Below, piece after piece: positions 52,589 through 63,123 of a stretch of 64,000 nucleotides of DNA. The stretch covers positions 1 to 64,000 of the forward strand of contig PPNB01000007.1 of assembly GCA_003707115.1 (NCBI GenBank). The letters run 5' to 3'. A model generated the notes under the pieces. It was not told the DNA's origin and ran no database searches. It was given only the letters and a program-made list of their open reading frames with translations. Position numbers and translations under genes: made by a program. The stretch's first letter is position 1. Every line of letters starts with the position of its first letter. Source of the stretch: Tortispora ganteri. Taxonomy: Eukaryota.

Positions 52589-54481
52589 ATGCTAACTACA
52601 ACAGAAATCGTGACATATCTCTGTGACCCGCCTGTAGAAACATCTACTGTTTATGGAAAGATATTTACTTCTACTAAAGGCGTTGTAACTGCTTATGACG
52701 ACAAATGTGGTGCAAACGTTATATCTGTGGACGGTTGGTACTGTGCGAAATGTGTACCCACTGTTGTGACTTGCGTGCAGAAACCTCTTACCGCAATCCC
52801 TGGAAACAGATATGTCTGGGGATATTACGAAGAAGTAGATGTCTCGGCCACAGTACATGGCAAAATTAGTATGGAGATACCTGTGGTGGTAACCCGAACA
52901 ATAGACGCGGTTAGCACCAGCCTAGCTCCAATTGCTCCTTCTGCTAGCTCTTCATCTAAAGTGCATCTTTATTGCTCCACTGAGCCACCCTATACTAGTG
53001 ATGTAGTATATGCCGCTGCCTATCTGCAAGATCCTAGTGCAATTGAAGATCAAAGTTACTATTCCACTGGACAATATCGAGCAAACAAGCGTTCTGACAT
53101 CTTTGACGTGGTTATTGACTCAAATTACATTCAAGTACAACAGCGTGAGAGCCTATATAATAGAACAATTTGCGAAATTATGTTCTATACTGAAGGACCC
53201 AACACTTTGAAATCGGTCGCAGCTTCTTCTATTAATACTGAAGGTGAGCTTTATGTGTTTATAGGTGATATAGCGACGTTGTGCTCTGATATAAATTATA
53301 TTGGATTAGATGGGCTCACGGTGTATAACTCTTTATCTAGCGGACATGTAGATATTGGTATTGAGCTGGACATTGGTTGGTATCCTGTTCGAATCGTTGT
53401 ACTTAATTTACTCGATTACTCTGTTCAAAGCAATGCTAAACGTGCTGATTACACTGGCAATATTCTTGTCTCCTTTAATACTGATGCTGACGTTATAGGT
53501 GCCAGTTATTCTTCTGCAAATCCTGTACCTAATGGAGCGAATATCAAAAGTTCTTCTATCAGTGCTATGAGTTATGTTTTTTCGTCTGGGCTTCCATCTT
53601 CATCTGTGTCTCTTTCTTCTTCTGTGTCTCTTTCTTCCTCTGTGTCTCTTTCTTCTTCTGTGTCTCTTTCTTCCTCTGTGTCTCTTTCTTCTTCTGTGTC
53701 TCTTTCTTCCGCTGAACCACTTTCCTCGTCTTCCCTCTCTTCTTCTTCTTCTTCTTCTTCTTCTTCTTCCTCCTCTTCTTCTTCCTCCTCTTCTTCTTCC
53801 TCCTCTTCTTCTTCTTCTTCTTCCTCCTCTTCTTCTTCCTCCTCTTCTTCTTCCTCCTCTTCTTCTTCCTCCTCTTCTTCTTCCTCCTCTTCTTCTTCCT
53901 CCTCCTCTTCTTCTTCTTCCTCCTCCTCTTCTTCTTCTTCCTCCTCCTCCTCTTCTGCTATCGGTGCCACTATGTGTGCTGTAAAGCCTGATTACGCTAC
54001 AGGAATGAGAGTAGCAGTGTATCAAACGCCTATTCACGCATATACTGAGCAAGAAATCAAACAAGGAGTCTATAGAGAACTTGATGAAAAACCAGGATAT
54101 TTTACGATTTCTTCAACGACCCCTCAATTTACACTAAACAGTGTGTATGCTGATACCATTATAGAAGCATTGATGTACATGCAGGCCCCAAATACTCTCA
54201 AAGCGGTCCAATTTGTGGCCCCACATAACGAAGTTTTGGGGGGCGTGATGCATTTCTTTGCAGGGGAAATAGCAATGACTTGTGGTAATATTACAACTAT
54301 TGGAACTGCAGGATTGGGATTTTTTATTGGGCCTAGTCCAGTCTTCAACTGGTATACCTCTCTACCAATAGGTGACTCCGGGTGGGTTCCTTTGAGAATG
54401 GTGGCTGGTGTGACAGCTTCTGTGAATGGTAACATACGGGTATCATTTGACCAAGAGATTCATGTTGTTGGAGCAAGATAA
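52589..54481 (+). CDS. Adhesin/flocculin-like protein: two related GLEYA/PA14-like domains joined by a poly-Ser linker
   Basis: Internal duplication PNTLKSV/PNTLKAV, GWYPVRIV/GWVPLRMV, GNILVSF/GNIRVSF; Ser-rich spacer. Confidence 0.6.
   Translation: MLTTTEIVTYLCDPPVETSTVYGKIFTSTKGVVTAYDDKCGANVISVDGWYCAKCVPTVVTCVQKPLTAIPGNRYVWGYYEEVDVSATVHGKISMEIPVVVTRTIDAVSTSLAPIAPSASSSSKVHLYCSTEPPYTSDVVYAAAYLQDPSAIEDQSYYSTGQYRANKRSDIFDVVIDSNYIQVQQRESLYNRTICEIMFYTEGPNTLKSVAASSINTEGELYVFIGDIATLCSDINYIGLDGLTVYNSLSSGHVDIGIELDIGWYPVRIVVLNLLDYSVQSNAKRADYTGNILVSFNTDADVIGASYSSANPVPNGANIKSSSISAMSYVFSSGLPSSSVSLSSSVSLSSSVSLSSSVSLSSSVSLSSSVSLSSAEPLSSSSLSSSSSSSSSSSSSSSSSSSSSSSSSSSSSSSSSSSSSSSSSSSSSSSSSSSSSSSSSSSSSSSSSSSSSSSSSAIGATMCAVKPDYATGMRVAVYQTPIHAYTEQEIKQGVYRELDEKPGYFTISSTTPQFTLNSVYADTIIEALMYMQAPNTLKAVQFVAPHNEVLGGVMHFFAGEIAMTCGNITTIGTAGLGFFIGPSPVFNWYTSLPIGDSGWVPLRMVAGVTASVNGNIRVSFDQEIHVVGAR
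53597..53956 (+). repeat. Coding repeats: six 18-nt units (SSSVSL) then a (TCY)n tract of 73 Ser
   Basis: 18-mers at 53597-53704; TCT/TCC run at 53738-53956. Confidence 0.95.
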
Positions 54482-54846
54482 TTGTCAATACATTTACTTA
54501 TAGGTATGTCATATAACAGTGGCCAATGTGTCTAGAGAATAACAATTACTATTAAGTCTATCAAAACACTCGTAGTCCATTTACATAGTAGTGCAATTGT
54601 TCGCGATTGACTAGCCACACATGTAAGCCCGTTGTGTAACTGACAAGCATATACCCTTGACCCTATTAAACATGAACTCGTTTACATTCTTGGCTTGCAC
54701 GGCTAGTGAGAATTGTCGATTGATCTGTTGCGGTTGTTTCGGTGTTTTTTTTTTCTTGGTGGGCGCAAAAACGCGCGAGACGACCGCGATCAGACGCAAT
54801 GATATGCAATCGCTGATCACAGCGCCCCCTACAGCAAGACCGGCCT

Positions 54847-54910
54847 GCAAACCTGCAAACTCGCAAACCCGTAAACACGCAAACCAACAAACAAGCGAAC
54901 AAGCGAACAA
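54847..54910 (+). repeat. Degenerate 8-bp tandem array upstream of the ABCA gene
   Basis: gcaaacct gcaaactc gcaaaccc gtaaacac gcaaacca acaaacaa gcgaacaa gcgaacaa. Confidence 0.75.
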
Positions 54911-55245
54911 GCGCAGTCTTATTGCTGCCTACATTGCACGCCTCGCGGCCGCACACACAAATGAGGTAGCTTGGTGGAACAAACCTCTCTGTTCGCCGCA
55001 AATTGAGGTGTGTGATTGGACAACTCCAAAACCTTATTTGGGCGAACTACCACAATTGTTTGTGTTGCCGACCCTCTACACCCTTACTGAAACTTCTACC
55101 CTCGCGCGTAGGCTGATTTTGCGAGACTTAGCCCCCTTTCGGTGGGTCCCTAGGCGTTTCAGTTATTTAGACGGAAATTCGCTGAAATCATACTCTTTCA
55201 TTGTCTATCACCGTCTTAGAAAATCGTCTTTGTTGCTCTTACATC

Positions 55246-58200
55246 ATGATTCTACGTAAAGTGCCACAACAAGTAGCAGGTCTCTACCGGCGCCACTGCC
55301 TCGGATTTATTAACTCGTGGTTTTGGACATTCATTAGAGCGATTGCATTGCCTATAGCATTAGCATTACTTATTGCGTATTCACAACTATTCTCTTACAT
55401 GCCAGCCGGTACATATGGTGTAGGATCAGCAACGCCTGGTCCTACCCTCGCTGAGGCTGTCGGGAGCAGAATAATCGTCTACTACCCTTCATCACTTACA
55501 CCACCCGCAGAGGAAGCGATGATTGTTTCAGCGGCCTTCCAGGGCATCCCCAGCGATCAAGTCGTCGTCGTCCACTCTGAGGAGGATCTCGTTAGTACCT
55601 GTAAGCAGAATATAAGAGGTTCTTCCTCATGCTATGGTGCTCTTCAATGGCATAATATTGACTCGAATCTCAACTTATACAATTACTCGCTGCGTCCAAA
55701 TTCAGGTGACTACATGATCGATGTCATCAACCACCATAGCGACGTAGAACAGAACGTCCTCCCGCTTCAGATCGCCGTAGACGGCGCTATCCTCGCAGAT
55801 TACATTAATCCTGTCGCAATTGGCTACACTTCCTACTCTTCTTCTCAAAGACAAGCAAATATGAGAGTCCAGTATCTTGGAGCTATTGACCGCATAATCG
55901 CGCCCGCATTTATTACCTGCTTTCTTGGAGTCGCATACCATTTAGCATCCCACATGGCTAGTGATCGCGAAGAAGGCATCTCCGCTTTGCTACAGACTAT
56001 GGGATGTTCCCGCTTTTCTCGACTACTTGCCTACTTTACCGCATACTCTACTCTCTACTTCCCTTCATGGATCGGTATCTCTATCATATTCTGGCGCCTT
56101 TTATGGGTCAATACCAATGGTGCTATCCCTATCATTTTTCATATACTAGTTGGCTTTGCCCTAGTTTCTAATACCCTTTTCATGAGCTCTTTTTTCTCAA
56201 AAAATCAGCAGTACTCAGGAATCGTTGTCTCTGGACTCATGGCCATTACTGCCGTCATGTGTATTGTCCAAACCAATGTCTCTGGCACTTCAAATAACGT
56301 CCTCATATATATCCTCAGTGGAATCTTCCCCGCTATGAACTACGTTTATTTTGTTCAAGACGCATCCAGATGGGAAGGCGGTAGACACCCAATCAACCTA
56401 ACTCATACTTCTTCTGCTGACGACAATATTCAAAGCATATACTTTTTTGTCATAGCTGCATGCCAAATCTTTGCTTTCTATGCTCTAGCATCCTTAAGCG
56501 AATACCTCCTTTATGGACGCAGCATAAAATACAAAGTTGCACCAGAACAAAAGAACGCTGTTGAATTCAAAAATGTCGTCAAGAGCTACACTACATCGCC
56601 TATTCTGCGTTTCTTTTCTTGCTTTCTTTATGGCAGATCAAAAATTACAGCCGTAGATAAATTGTCTATGAATATCAACCAAGGTGATATTGTTTCACTT
56701 ATTGGATCTAATGGCAGTGGGAAAACTACTACTCTCGAAATTTTAGCGGGCATGCAGCCGCTTTCTTCCGGTCATATCACACTCAATGAACCGGCTTCTA
56801 TTGGATTCTGCCCACAAGCTGATGTCTTCTTTCATGACTTATCCACATATCATAATCTCATTATTTGGGCTAATATAAAAGGAGTTCCTCGTTCCTCTTT
56901 AAATAAGGAACTAAGAAGCATATGCAAAGATTGTGATCTGGATTTTAAGCTGGATGTAGCCGCTGGAAACTTGTCCGGAGGTCAAAAACGAAAATTGCAA
57001 TTAGCTATTATGCTAATTGGTAATCCAAAATTATGTTGCATAGATGAAGTATCTTCTGGACTCGACCCTGTATCGCGTCGCAAGATCTGGGATATTTTGA
57101 AACGATTACATGGCAAAATATCTATGCTCATAACTACGCAATTTCTAGACGAAGCTGAAACTCTTTCTGATCATATCGTCATCTTATCCAATGGACGCAT
57201 AACTGCTCAAGGCTCGCCAATCGATCTAAAATCTTCTCACGGAGGATTCTATACTGTACATTATTCCGATAATGGAGCTAGAACTTCAGAAAGGTTTACG
57301 GACATTGATAAGCTTGGAGGTTTTGTTAAAAACCTGGAATCAAACGGGATTAAGTACAACTTAGAGTCTCCAAGCTTTGAAACTTCTTACTTAAGTTTAG
57401 TAACTGGATCTGAACCTTCTTTATCTTCACCATTAGTTGTCTCTGGATCTCGAAAAATGTTTCAATCAGAAGTTCTCAATTCTGACGTGTCTTCGAATGA
57501 GTACTTAGACTCTTCCACACAAGTTCGCGCTTTCCCTGTCCCTACTATACTTCAGCAAGTCTATGCAATGATTTATAAAAGAACTATAATGTTGCGACTT
57601 TCATGGTTTATGACTTTTTTAATGATTGCTTTACCTGTTGTTGTTATTGCTATATCATTGTCAAGCTTCATTGGACAGTATCAAGGAAATACTTGTCCAC
57701 TTATATCTGATAATTGGTATTACTCTTCACCACCAATTGAGTATTTTGTTGATAAATATGACAAATCTAATGTTCTTATTGGACCTTCTTCAAATTTCTC
57801 GATGTTAAGTCAAGATCACATAACTAACTTATTGAATTACTTGACAACTGTTTATAACATTCCATTGAACGAATTTCCTATTGACGGAGGAAACTCAATA
57901 ATATCTCATACACAAACAGTTTCTACATATGAGGAATTCTTGGACATGATAAATACAAATTATAACAAGATCACACCAGGTGGCTTCTACCTTGATCCTC
58001 CTGCTATTGCATTTCAGCTTGACGGTGACAACGTTTTTGTTGATAAAGTGATGAATGCGCCCATAATTGAGAATTTATTTGCAAATGTTCGAGCTAATGG
58101 AACCAAAATTATTGCTACTAATGTTAAGCTGATATCTGGACCTTGGATTCCCACTATTGCTGATATTTTGCAATTCTTGATGTACGTCGGTATTGCATTT

Positions 58201-60051
58201 GCCGCGTATCCTGCCATATTGTCTTTGTATCCAACTACAGAAAGGCTTAGAGGCGTTAGAGCTTTTCAATATTCAAATGGTATGATGGTTTTCCCGTTAT
58301 GGTTAGGCCATTTCCTGTCAGATGCCCTACCGGTACTTGTTATTGCTGCTGCTTCTACTATATGTATTGCAGCGATAAAGCCGGATGCTTTTTATGATAT
58401 AGGATATTTGTTTTTGATATTCACATTGTTTGGATTTGCTTCTACTGCTTTTTCCTATGTGATATCATTATTTGTGTCGTCGCGGATTTCAGCTTTTGCA
58501 GTTGCATGCGTTTTCCAAGCGGTTGCACTAATAATATTTTTAGTGGCACATTTATGTGTTTTCACATATGCACCTGGCAGTTCCATTGACAATTATATTA
58601 AGATATTGTCCTTTACACTCACAATTCTCAGTCCTAGTTGCTCGCTGTTGCGTTCGTTTTTTGTATCCCTTAATGTGTTTGGAATGAGATGCACAATTTC
58701 TAGAGGCAGCGACTGGGGTGGTGATATCATGGTTTATGGACAACAGATTCTTTACCTTATTATTCAATTGGTTATCTATATTTTTGTTCTTCTGCTATGG
58801 GAAACCAAGACGCTACGATTTGTTTCTCTTTCAAGTTTTAAGAAGCCAGCTAAAGACGCTGAGAAATTTCAAGAAGGATTTGGAGTATCAAAAGAAGTAG
58901 CGAAGGTAGAACAAGATTTTAAGGAAATCCAAATGGGAGTCAAGAAGCGGAATGGTTTACGGTTGTTGCATTTATACAAAAAGTTCCGAGAGAACTTAGC
59001 TGTGGACGATGTTACATTTTCTTTAAGCCCTAATGAAGTTTTAGGATTAGTTGGACCCAACGGTGCTGGAAAGACTACTACGATTGAGATGATTCGTGGG
59101 GAGTTGAAGCCAAGTAGTGGATTTATATTTTTTGATGGCATGAGTTGTGCTTCGAATATTTCTCTTATACGTCAAAGTATTGGAGTATGTCCTCAATTTA
59201 ATGCTATTGATTCATTAAATGTGATGCAAATTTTGAACTACTACTGTATAGTGAAAGGTATTCCTAAATCATACAGGCGAGCTGAGATTGCTAATATTTT
59301 GCAGACTGTTCAATTAGAAAAATTCAAGAACCGAATGTTGAGTGAATTATCTGGAGGAAATAAGAGACGATTATCTTTGGGTATTGCATTAATGGGTAAA
59401 CCAGAGTTATTATTACTTGATGAGCCTTCTTCTGGAATGGATCCGTTTGCTAAACGAAACATGTGGCACGTACTACAGCGGATCTCGAAATCGCAAGGGA
59501 TTTTACTAACGACGCATTCTATGGAGGAAGCAGAAGCTATTTGTTCGCGGGTTGCTGTTATGTCTAAGAGAGTGTTAGGTATTGGAGCAATTGACGAATT
59601 AAAGGATTCAATTGGAAAATGGGTACATATTGAAGGAGTACTTAATAGTGCACCTAATTCTTGTGAACGTGAGGCTTTCTCTATTATGGAATGGATTAAG
59701 TTGAATTTTGGCATACAAGTACAGATAGAGGATATCATTGATGACCACAAATACGTGAAAAGTCCTATTATGCCGTCAGAAGATAGTTCTTTGACAATTA
59801 TTGACAAAGTTTCTTTGTCATTGGGTTCTGCTAAACATTCTGTACACAGTAAATCAGAATCGTCTATTGCTGCCAACACAATTGATGACGGTTGTTGGAG
59901 TGGTAATTTCAAATTCTCAATACGTGTTGAAAGTTTAGGTGAATTATTGTCTAAAATGACCACATTCAAAAAATCTATAGGTGCAAAGGTACTAACGGTT
60001 GCTCCTATTAGCCTTGAAGAGGTTTTCCTGAAGATGGTGGGGTATTCTTGA
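55246..60051 (+). CDS. Full-size ABC transporter, subfamily A
   Basis: TMD(with large loop)-NBD twice; GSNGSGKTT/LSGGQKRKL/DEVSSGLDP and GPNGAGKTT/LSGGNKRRL/DEPSSGMDP/TTHSMEEAE; terminal SLEEVFL; first ATG 55246. Confidence 0.92.
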   Translation: MILRKVPQQVAGLYRRHCLGFINSWFWTFIRAIALPIALALLIAYSQLFSYMPAGTYGVGSATPGPTLAEAVGSRIIVYYPSSLTPPAEEAMIVSAAFQGIPSDQVVVVHSEEDLVSTCKQNIRGSSSCYGALQWHNIDSNLNLYNYSLRPNSGDYMIDVINHHSDVEQNVLPLQIAVDGAILADYINPVAIGYTSYSSSQRQANMRVQYLGAIDRIIAPAFITCFLGVAYHLASHMASDREEGISALLQTMGCSRFSRLLAYFTAYSTLYFPSWIGISIIFWRLLWVNTNGAIPIIFHILVGFALVSNTLFMSSFFSKNQQYSGIVVSGLMAITAVMCIVQTNVSGTSNNVLIYILSGIFPAMNYVYFVQDASRWEGGRHPINLTHTSSADDNIQSIYFFVIAACQIFAFYALASLSEYLLYGRSIKYKVAPEQKNAVEFKNVVKSYTTSPILRFFSCFLYGRSKITAVDKLSMNINQGDIVSLIGSNGSGKTTTLEILAGMQPLSSGHITLNEPASIGFCPQADVFFHDLSTYHNLIIWANIKGVPRSSLNKELRSICKDCDLDFKLDVAAGNLSGGQKRKLQLAIMLIGNPKLCCIDEVSSGLDPVSRRKIWDILKRLHGKISMLITTQFLDEAETLSDHIVILSNGRITAQGSPIDLKSSHGGFYTVHYSDNGARTSERFTDIDKLGGFVKNLESNGIKYNLESPSFETSYLSLVTGSEPSLSSPLVVSGSRKMFQSEVLNSDVSSNEYLDSSTQVRAFPVPTILQQVYAMIYKRTIMLRLSWFMTFLMIALPVVVIAISLSSFIGQYQGNTCPLISDNWYYSSPPIEYFVDKYDKSNVLIGPSSNFSMLSQDHITNLLNYLTTVYNIPLNEFPIDGGNSIISHTQTVSTYEEFLDMINTNYNKITPGGFYLDPPAIAFQLDGDNVFVDKVMNAPIIENLFANVRANGTKIIATNVKLISGPWIPTIADILQFLMYVGIAFAAYPAILSLYPTTERLRGVRAFQYSNGMMVFPLWLGHFLSDALPVLVIAAASTICIAAIKPDAFYDIGYLFLIFTLFGFASTAFSYVISLFVSSRISAFAVACVFQAVALIIFLVAHLCVFTYAPGSSIDNYIKILSFTLTILSPSCSLLRSFFVSLNVFGMRCTISRGSDWGGDIMVYGQQILYLIIQLVIYIFVLLLWETKTLRFVSLSSFKKPAKDAEKFQEGFGVSKEVAKVEQDFKEIQMGVKKRNGLRLLHLYKKFRENLAVDDVTFSLSPNEVLGLVGPNGAGKTTTIEMIRGELKPSSGFIFFDGMSCASNISLIRQSIGVCPQFNAIDSLNVMQILNYYCIVKGIPKSYRRAEIANILQTVQLEKFKNRMLSELSGGNKRRLSLGIALMGKPELLLLDEPSSGMDPFAKRNMWHVLQRISKSQGILLTTHSMEEAEAICSRVAVMSKRVLGIGAIDELKDSIGKWVHIEGVLNSAPNSCEREAFSIMEWIKLNFGIQVQIEDIIDDHKYVKSPIMPSEDSSLTIIDKVSLSLGSAKHSVHSKSESSIAANTIDDGCWSGNFKFSIRVESLGELLSKMTTFKKSIGAKVLTVAPISLEEVFLKMVGYS

Positions 60052-60107
60052 ACCATCCCAATGAACCAATCTTCTACTTTTCGACTAACTAACTGCTACA
60101 AACCGCG

Positions 60108-61319
60108 ATGATCGCAATTGTAGCAGGATTATGCATTATTTTAGTTGCTATTTATGTGACAATATGTGATATAGCTATACATAGAGTGTATGATCAAATA
60201 ATGCCAAAAATAAAGCTAATGAGTGGCGATGCCAGTAATGTACCCGATTTGACTAGTTTAGAAGGCGATCTTGGATCTAAGATAGTAATATTAGGAGGAT
60301 CTGATTTTTTGGGATCATGGATTGCTCGAATTGTCCTTTTAACACAAAAAAATATTCAATTATATTTACTGGATGAACAAAAACCACCTATCGATCTTAT
60401 CAAACATGGGGCAAAATGGGTACATGTCAAATTCAAAAACCTAGAATCTACTGAAACACAAAATATAATAAAAGATTCCAGAGTTTATATTACATGTTTT
60501 TACAGGGAACGAGCATCGGATTTGATAGGTCGAGACGTCGTGCCGGCATTGACGTCTGCTATAAAATGTGATCCCTATACGCTTGTCTTTGTTTCATCGA
60601 ACAACGCTCTACGACGACCTAATTCTGTAAGCGATTGGCTTCTACCTTTTACTTACAAGAATCGTCTTCAATTTACAAATAAACAAGATGCTGAAAAACA
60701 GCTGCGAACCAGGAACGCTAACGATATTAATCAGCACTTGCGTGCGCTGTTGGAAGCCGAAGCTATAATTGCAGAAACTGCGCTTAAGGCTCGCAAACTA
60801 AATGCTCCGGACGCTTCTTTTAGTGTATTCAGAGTGGGGTACTTGAGTGGACATATAGGAGACGATCTTTTTACGCCCTTCTTGAATGGCGAAGACAATA
60901 TCGTTTACAATCGTGGGTTACCTTTACAGGTCTCGCATGTCGAACAAGCTGCATGTTCTATACTATTTGATAAGCCGTGCTATTCTGTGCTTATACCTGG
61001 CAGTTTTGTTTACGAGGCGCTGAGCGCATGGGCGGACGCGGACGGAGTCGAGGCTATACGTAGAGGATTTAAGTTCTTCAATACGCCTGTCTACATTCAG
61101 ACGAGTTTGATCTTGCCGACATATTTATTAGTTGATGTGATTCGGATGTTGCTGGGCAAACCGATAGAAGGAAGCTGGGTTCGGCGATTCCGATATAAAC
61201 AGACGTCAGTGGTGTACACTGACGATAAACACATATTAGTGGACAAAGGAGCCAAAGAGATGCTAAATCATGTTGTCCGAGAAGGCAAAATGCAGATTTC
61301 TATGATAAAATCTAAATAA
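60108..61319 (+). CDS. Membrane-anchored extended-SDR / 3-beta-HSD-like protein with degenerate motifs
   Basis: Hydrophobic N-terminus; Rossmann-like KIVILGGSDFLGSWI, LVFVSS, VSHVEQAA; no clear YxxxK at the expected place. Confidence 0.6.
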   Translation: MIAIVAGLCIILVAIYVTICDIAIHRVYDQIMPKIKLMSGDASNVPDLTSLEGDLGSKIVILGGSDFLGSWIARIVLLTQKNIQLYLLDEQKPPIDLIKHGAKWVHVKFKNLESTETQNIIKDSRVYITCFYRERASDLIGRDVVPALTSAIKCDPYTLVFVSSNNALRRPNSVSDWLLPFTYKNRLQFTNKQDAEKQLRTRNANDINQHLRALLEAEAIIAETALKARKLNAPDASFSVFRVGYLSGHIGDDLFTPFLNGEDNIVYNRGLPLQVSHVEQAACSILFDKPCYSVLIPGSFVYEALSAWADADGVEAIRRGFKFFNTPVYIQTSLILPTYLLVDVIRMLLGKPIEGSWVRRFRYKQTSVVYTDDKHILVDKGAKEMLNHVVREGKMQISMIKSK

Positions 61320-61585
61320 ACAATGGTTTGCAAGAGATATAAAAGCCATTGATTTAATATTAACGATGACAGTGACGATTGAATTCGACAATATACTATC
61401 GCTGATTTCCTCCGAGGACGATATTACGAAAACTTTAATACTAATTGAGCTTGCATTGCCAAGAAAATTGATATATCTTCAGTTAACGCAGAACGTAGTT
61501 AGCAAGGCTCAGTCTAACCAATGAAGGCTATATAGCTAATGCTCATAGAAAATATGATCAGTATAAATGCATTGATGTGGGAAAA

Positions 61586-62493
61586 CTTATCGATATAAAG
61601 CTCTGATGCATCGCTATTGACAGTGAGATCTGTGAGCACCGCTAAAACCTTAATCACAAATAAGGTTTGTGAGGCTTGGGCTTTCGGAGTCGTGTGATAC
61701 AGGATCTAAGATAAGGGCGGATGTATGTGAGTTTATTAACTATGGGTGCAACAAACTATATGTGTAAGATATTGATAAACAGTTTTTTACACCGGAAGTA
61801 GTGGAGGTTATTGTGTTGTTGAGTAATGTGGAGAACGAAAATTTTGTATAAAAAAATCGAGAGAAAAAAATGTACAGTCAATAATTAAAGTTTAACTTTA
61901 ATTATTGACTCGAGATATCTTCTTTTATTTTGTAGATATTTTCTTCAATTTTTGCATTGAGTTTTCTTTTTGACACGCGATTTAGTGACAAAATTTTCAA
62001 ATTTTAAGGAAAAAAATATGCGTATACGTTCAAATTAGTCGTTATAAAGTTTCAAAGGGAGAAAAGAGAAGCAGAAACTGTCAGGCAGGTGAAAATTTTG
62101 ACGGTAAGCACAGATCTATCGAAGAACGGCAGATCGAAGCCTGATAGGAAGAGAAGTTCCCGAGGGAAACTTTAAATTCAAAGGCAGCTAGGGGTAGAGT
62201 TGAGTGGAAAATCAATGGTCAATAGGATCATGAAGTGGCAGGATCAAATTTGGGTACATTTGAGGTTAAAAACAATATATACAAGTACAATTATTGAAAA
62301 ATTTTGTGAGTAAAGAACCGAAAACTGCGCATGCTAGTAAGCATAAGAGCAATGTAAGAGCGATGAAATGTTAAAGGAATAAGGTTATTAAACCTGCCTA
62401 TCTAAAGTTTTATGACGAAAACTAGCCAATGAGTAAAGTTGAAATTAGAAACTTTAAATTATGAAATACCCAATACCAGACAACTGGCTTATC
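61586..62493. promoter_or_regulatory. GATA (nitrogen-regulation) motifs in the 1.8-kb MEP upstream region
   Basis: CTTATC 61586, GATAAG 61710, GATAAA 61774, CTTATC 62488; short motifs in AT-rich DNA, so some may be chance. Confidence 0.35.
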
Positions 62494-63123
62494 TACTCTT
62501 TGAAGATTAAAAAGATGAAAGTTCTGCATGTAGCCATTCACACAGGATTATTTATATTAAGTATTACTATATAAAGGAATTTCTGCTCGAAATAGGATTT
62601 TAAGATTATTCTATAGAATATTTTTGTTGATCAATGAATCATTTCTAGTGAGTCAGTACGATGTCCGAACAAATCGAAAAATCAAATTGACCAGGATTAA
62701 AGTTTGAGACCAACTCCTTATAATATAAATTAACCCATCGACGACCATTGACCCTCGCATTTCATCTCCCCTTCCTCTAATACCTTTTCCTGTATTCTTC
62801 GGACTTTCTAGCGATCCTTTATTTGTTAATAAATTTCGGTTGCCACAATCGGCTGTTTTTTTGAGTGTTCGCTGACAAACAAAAAAGGTTTTTTTTGACT
62901 GTGGTAGTTATTATTATCTGTCTACTACTCTCAAGATTTTTTTGTTCCCTCTACTTCCAATTTCCCGTCATTATATCCTTGAAAAACCAATTTCACTGAA
63001 ACTTGTGTTTTCCCTGGAAAAAACATACAGTTAGAGCTTCTATAATCAATACTTTTTTTGGTAGCTCAGTTTACTTCACTCTACTTTTCTCCTGTTTGCC
63101 TACATATTCTTCTTAAATAGACA

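Noticed and set aside
53572..54064. Poly-Glu, poly-Arg/Gly and poly-Leu/Pro ORFs
   Set aside because: Alternative-frame readings of the (TCY)n repeat.
54611..55259. 200-, 111- and 99-aa ORFs upstream of the ABCA gene
   Set aside because: No recognisable motifs, low complexity from the 8-bp array; most likely promoter DNA.
59310..60056. 248-aa antisense ORF
   Set aside because: Mirror of the conserved second NBD of the ABCA gene.
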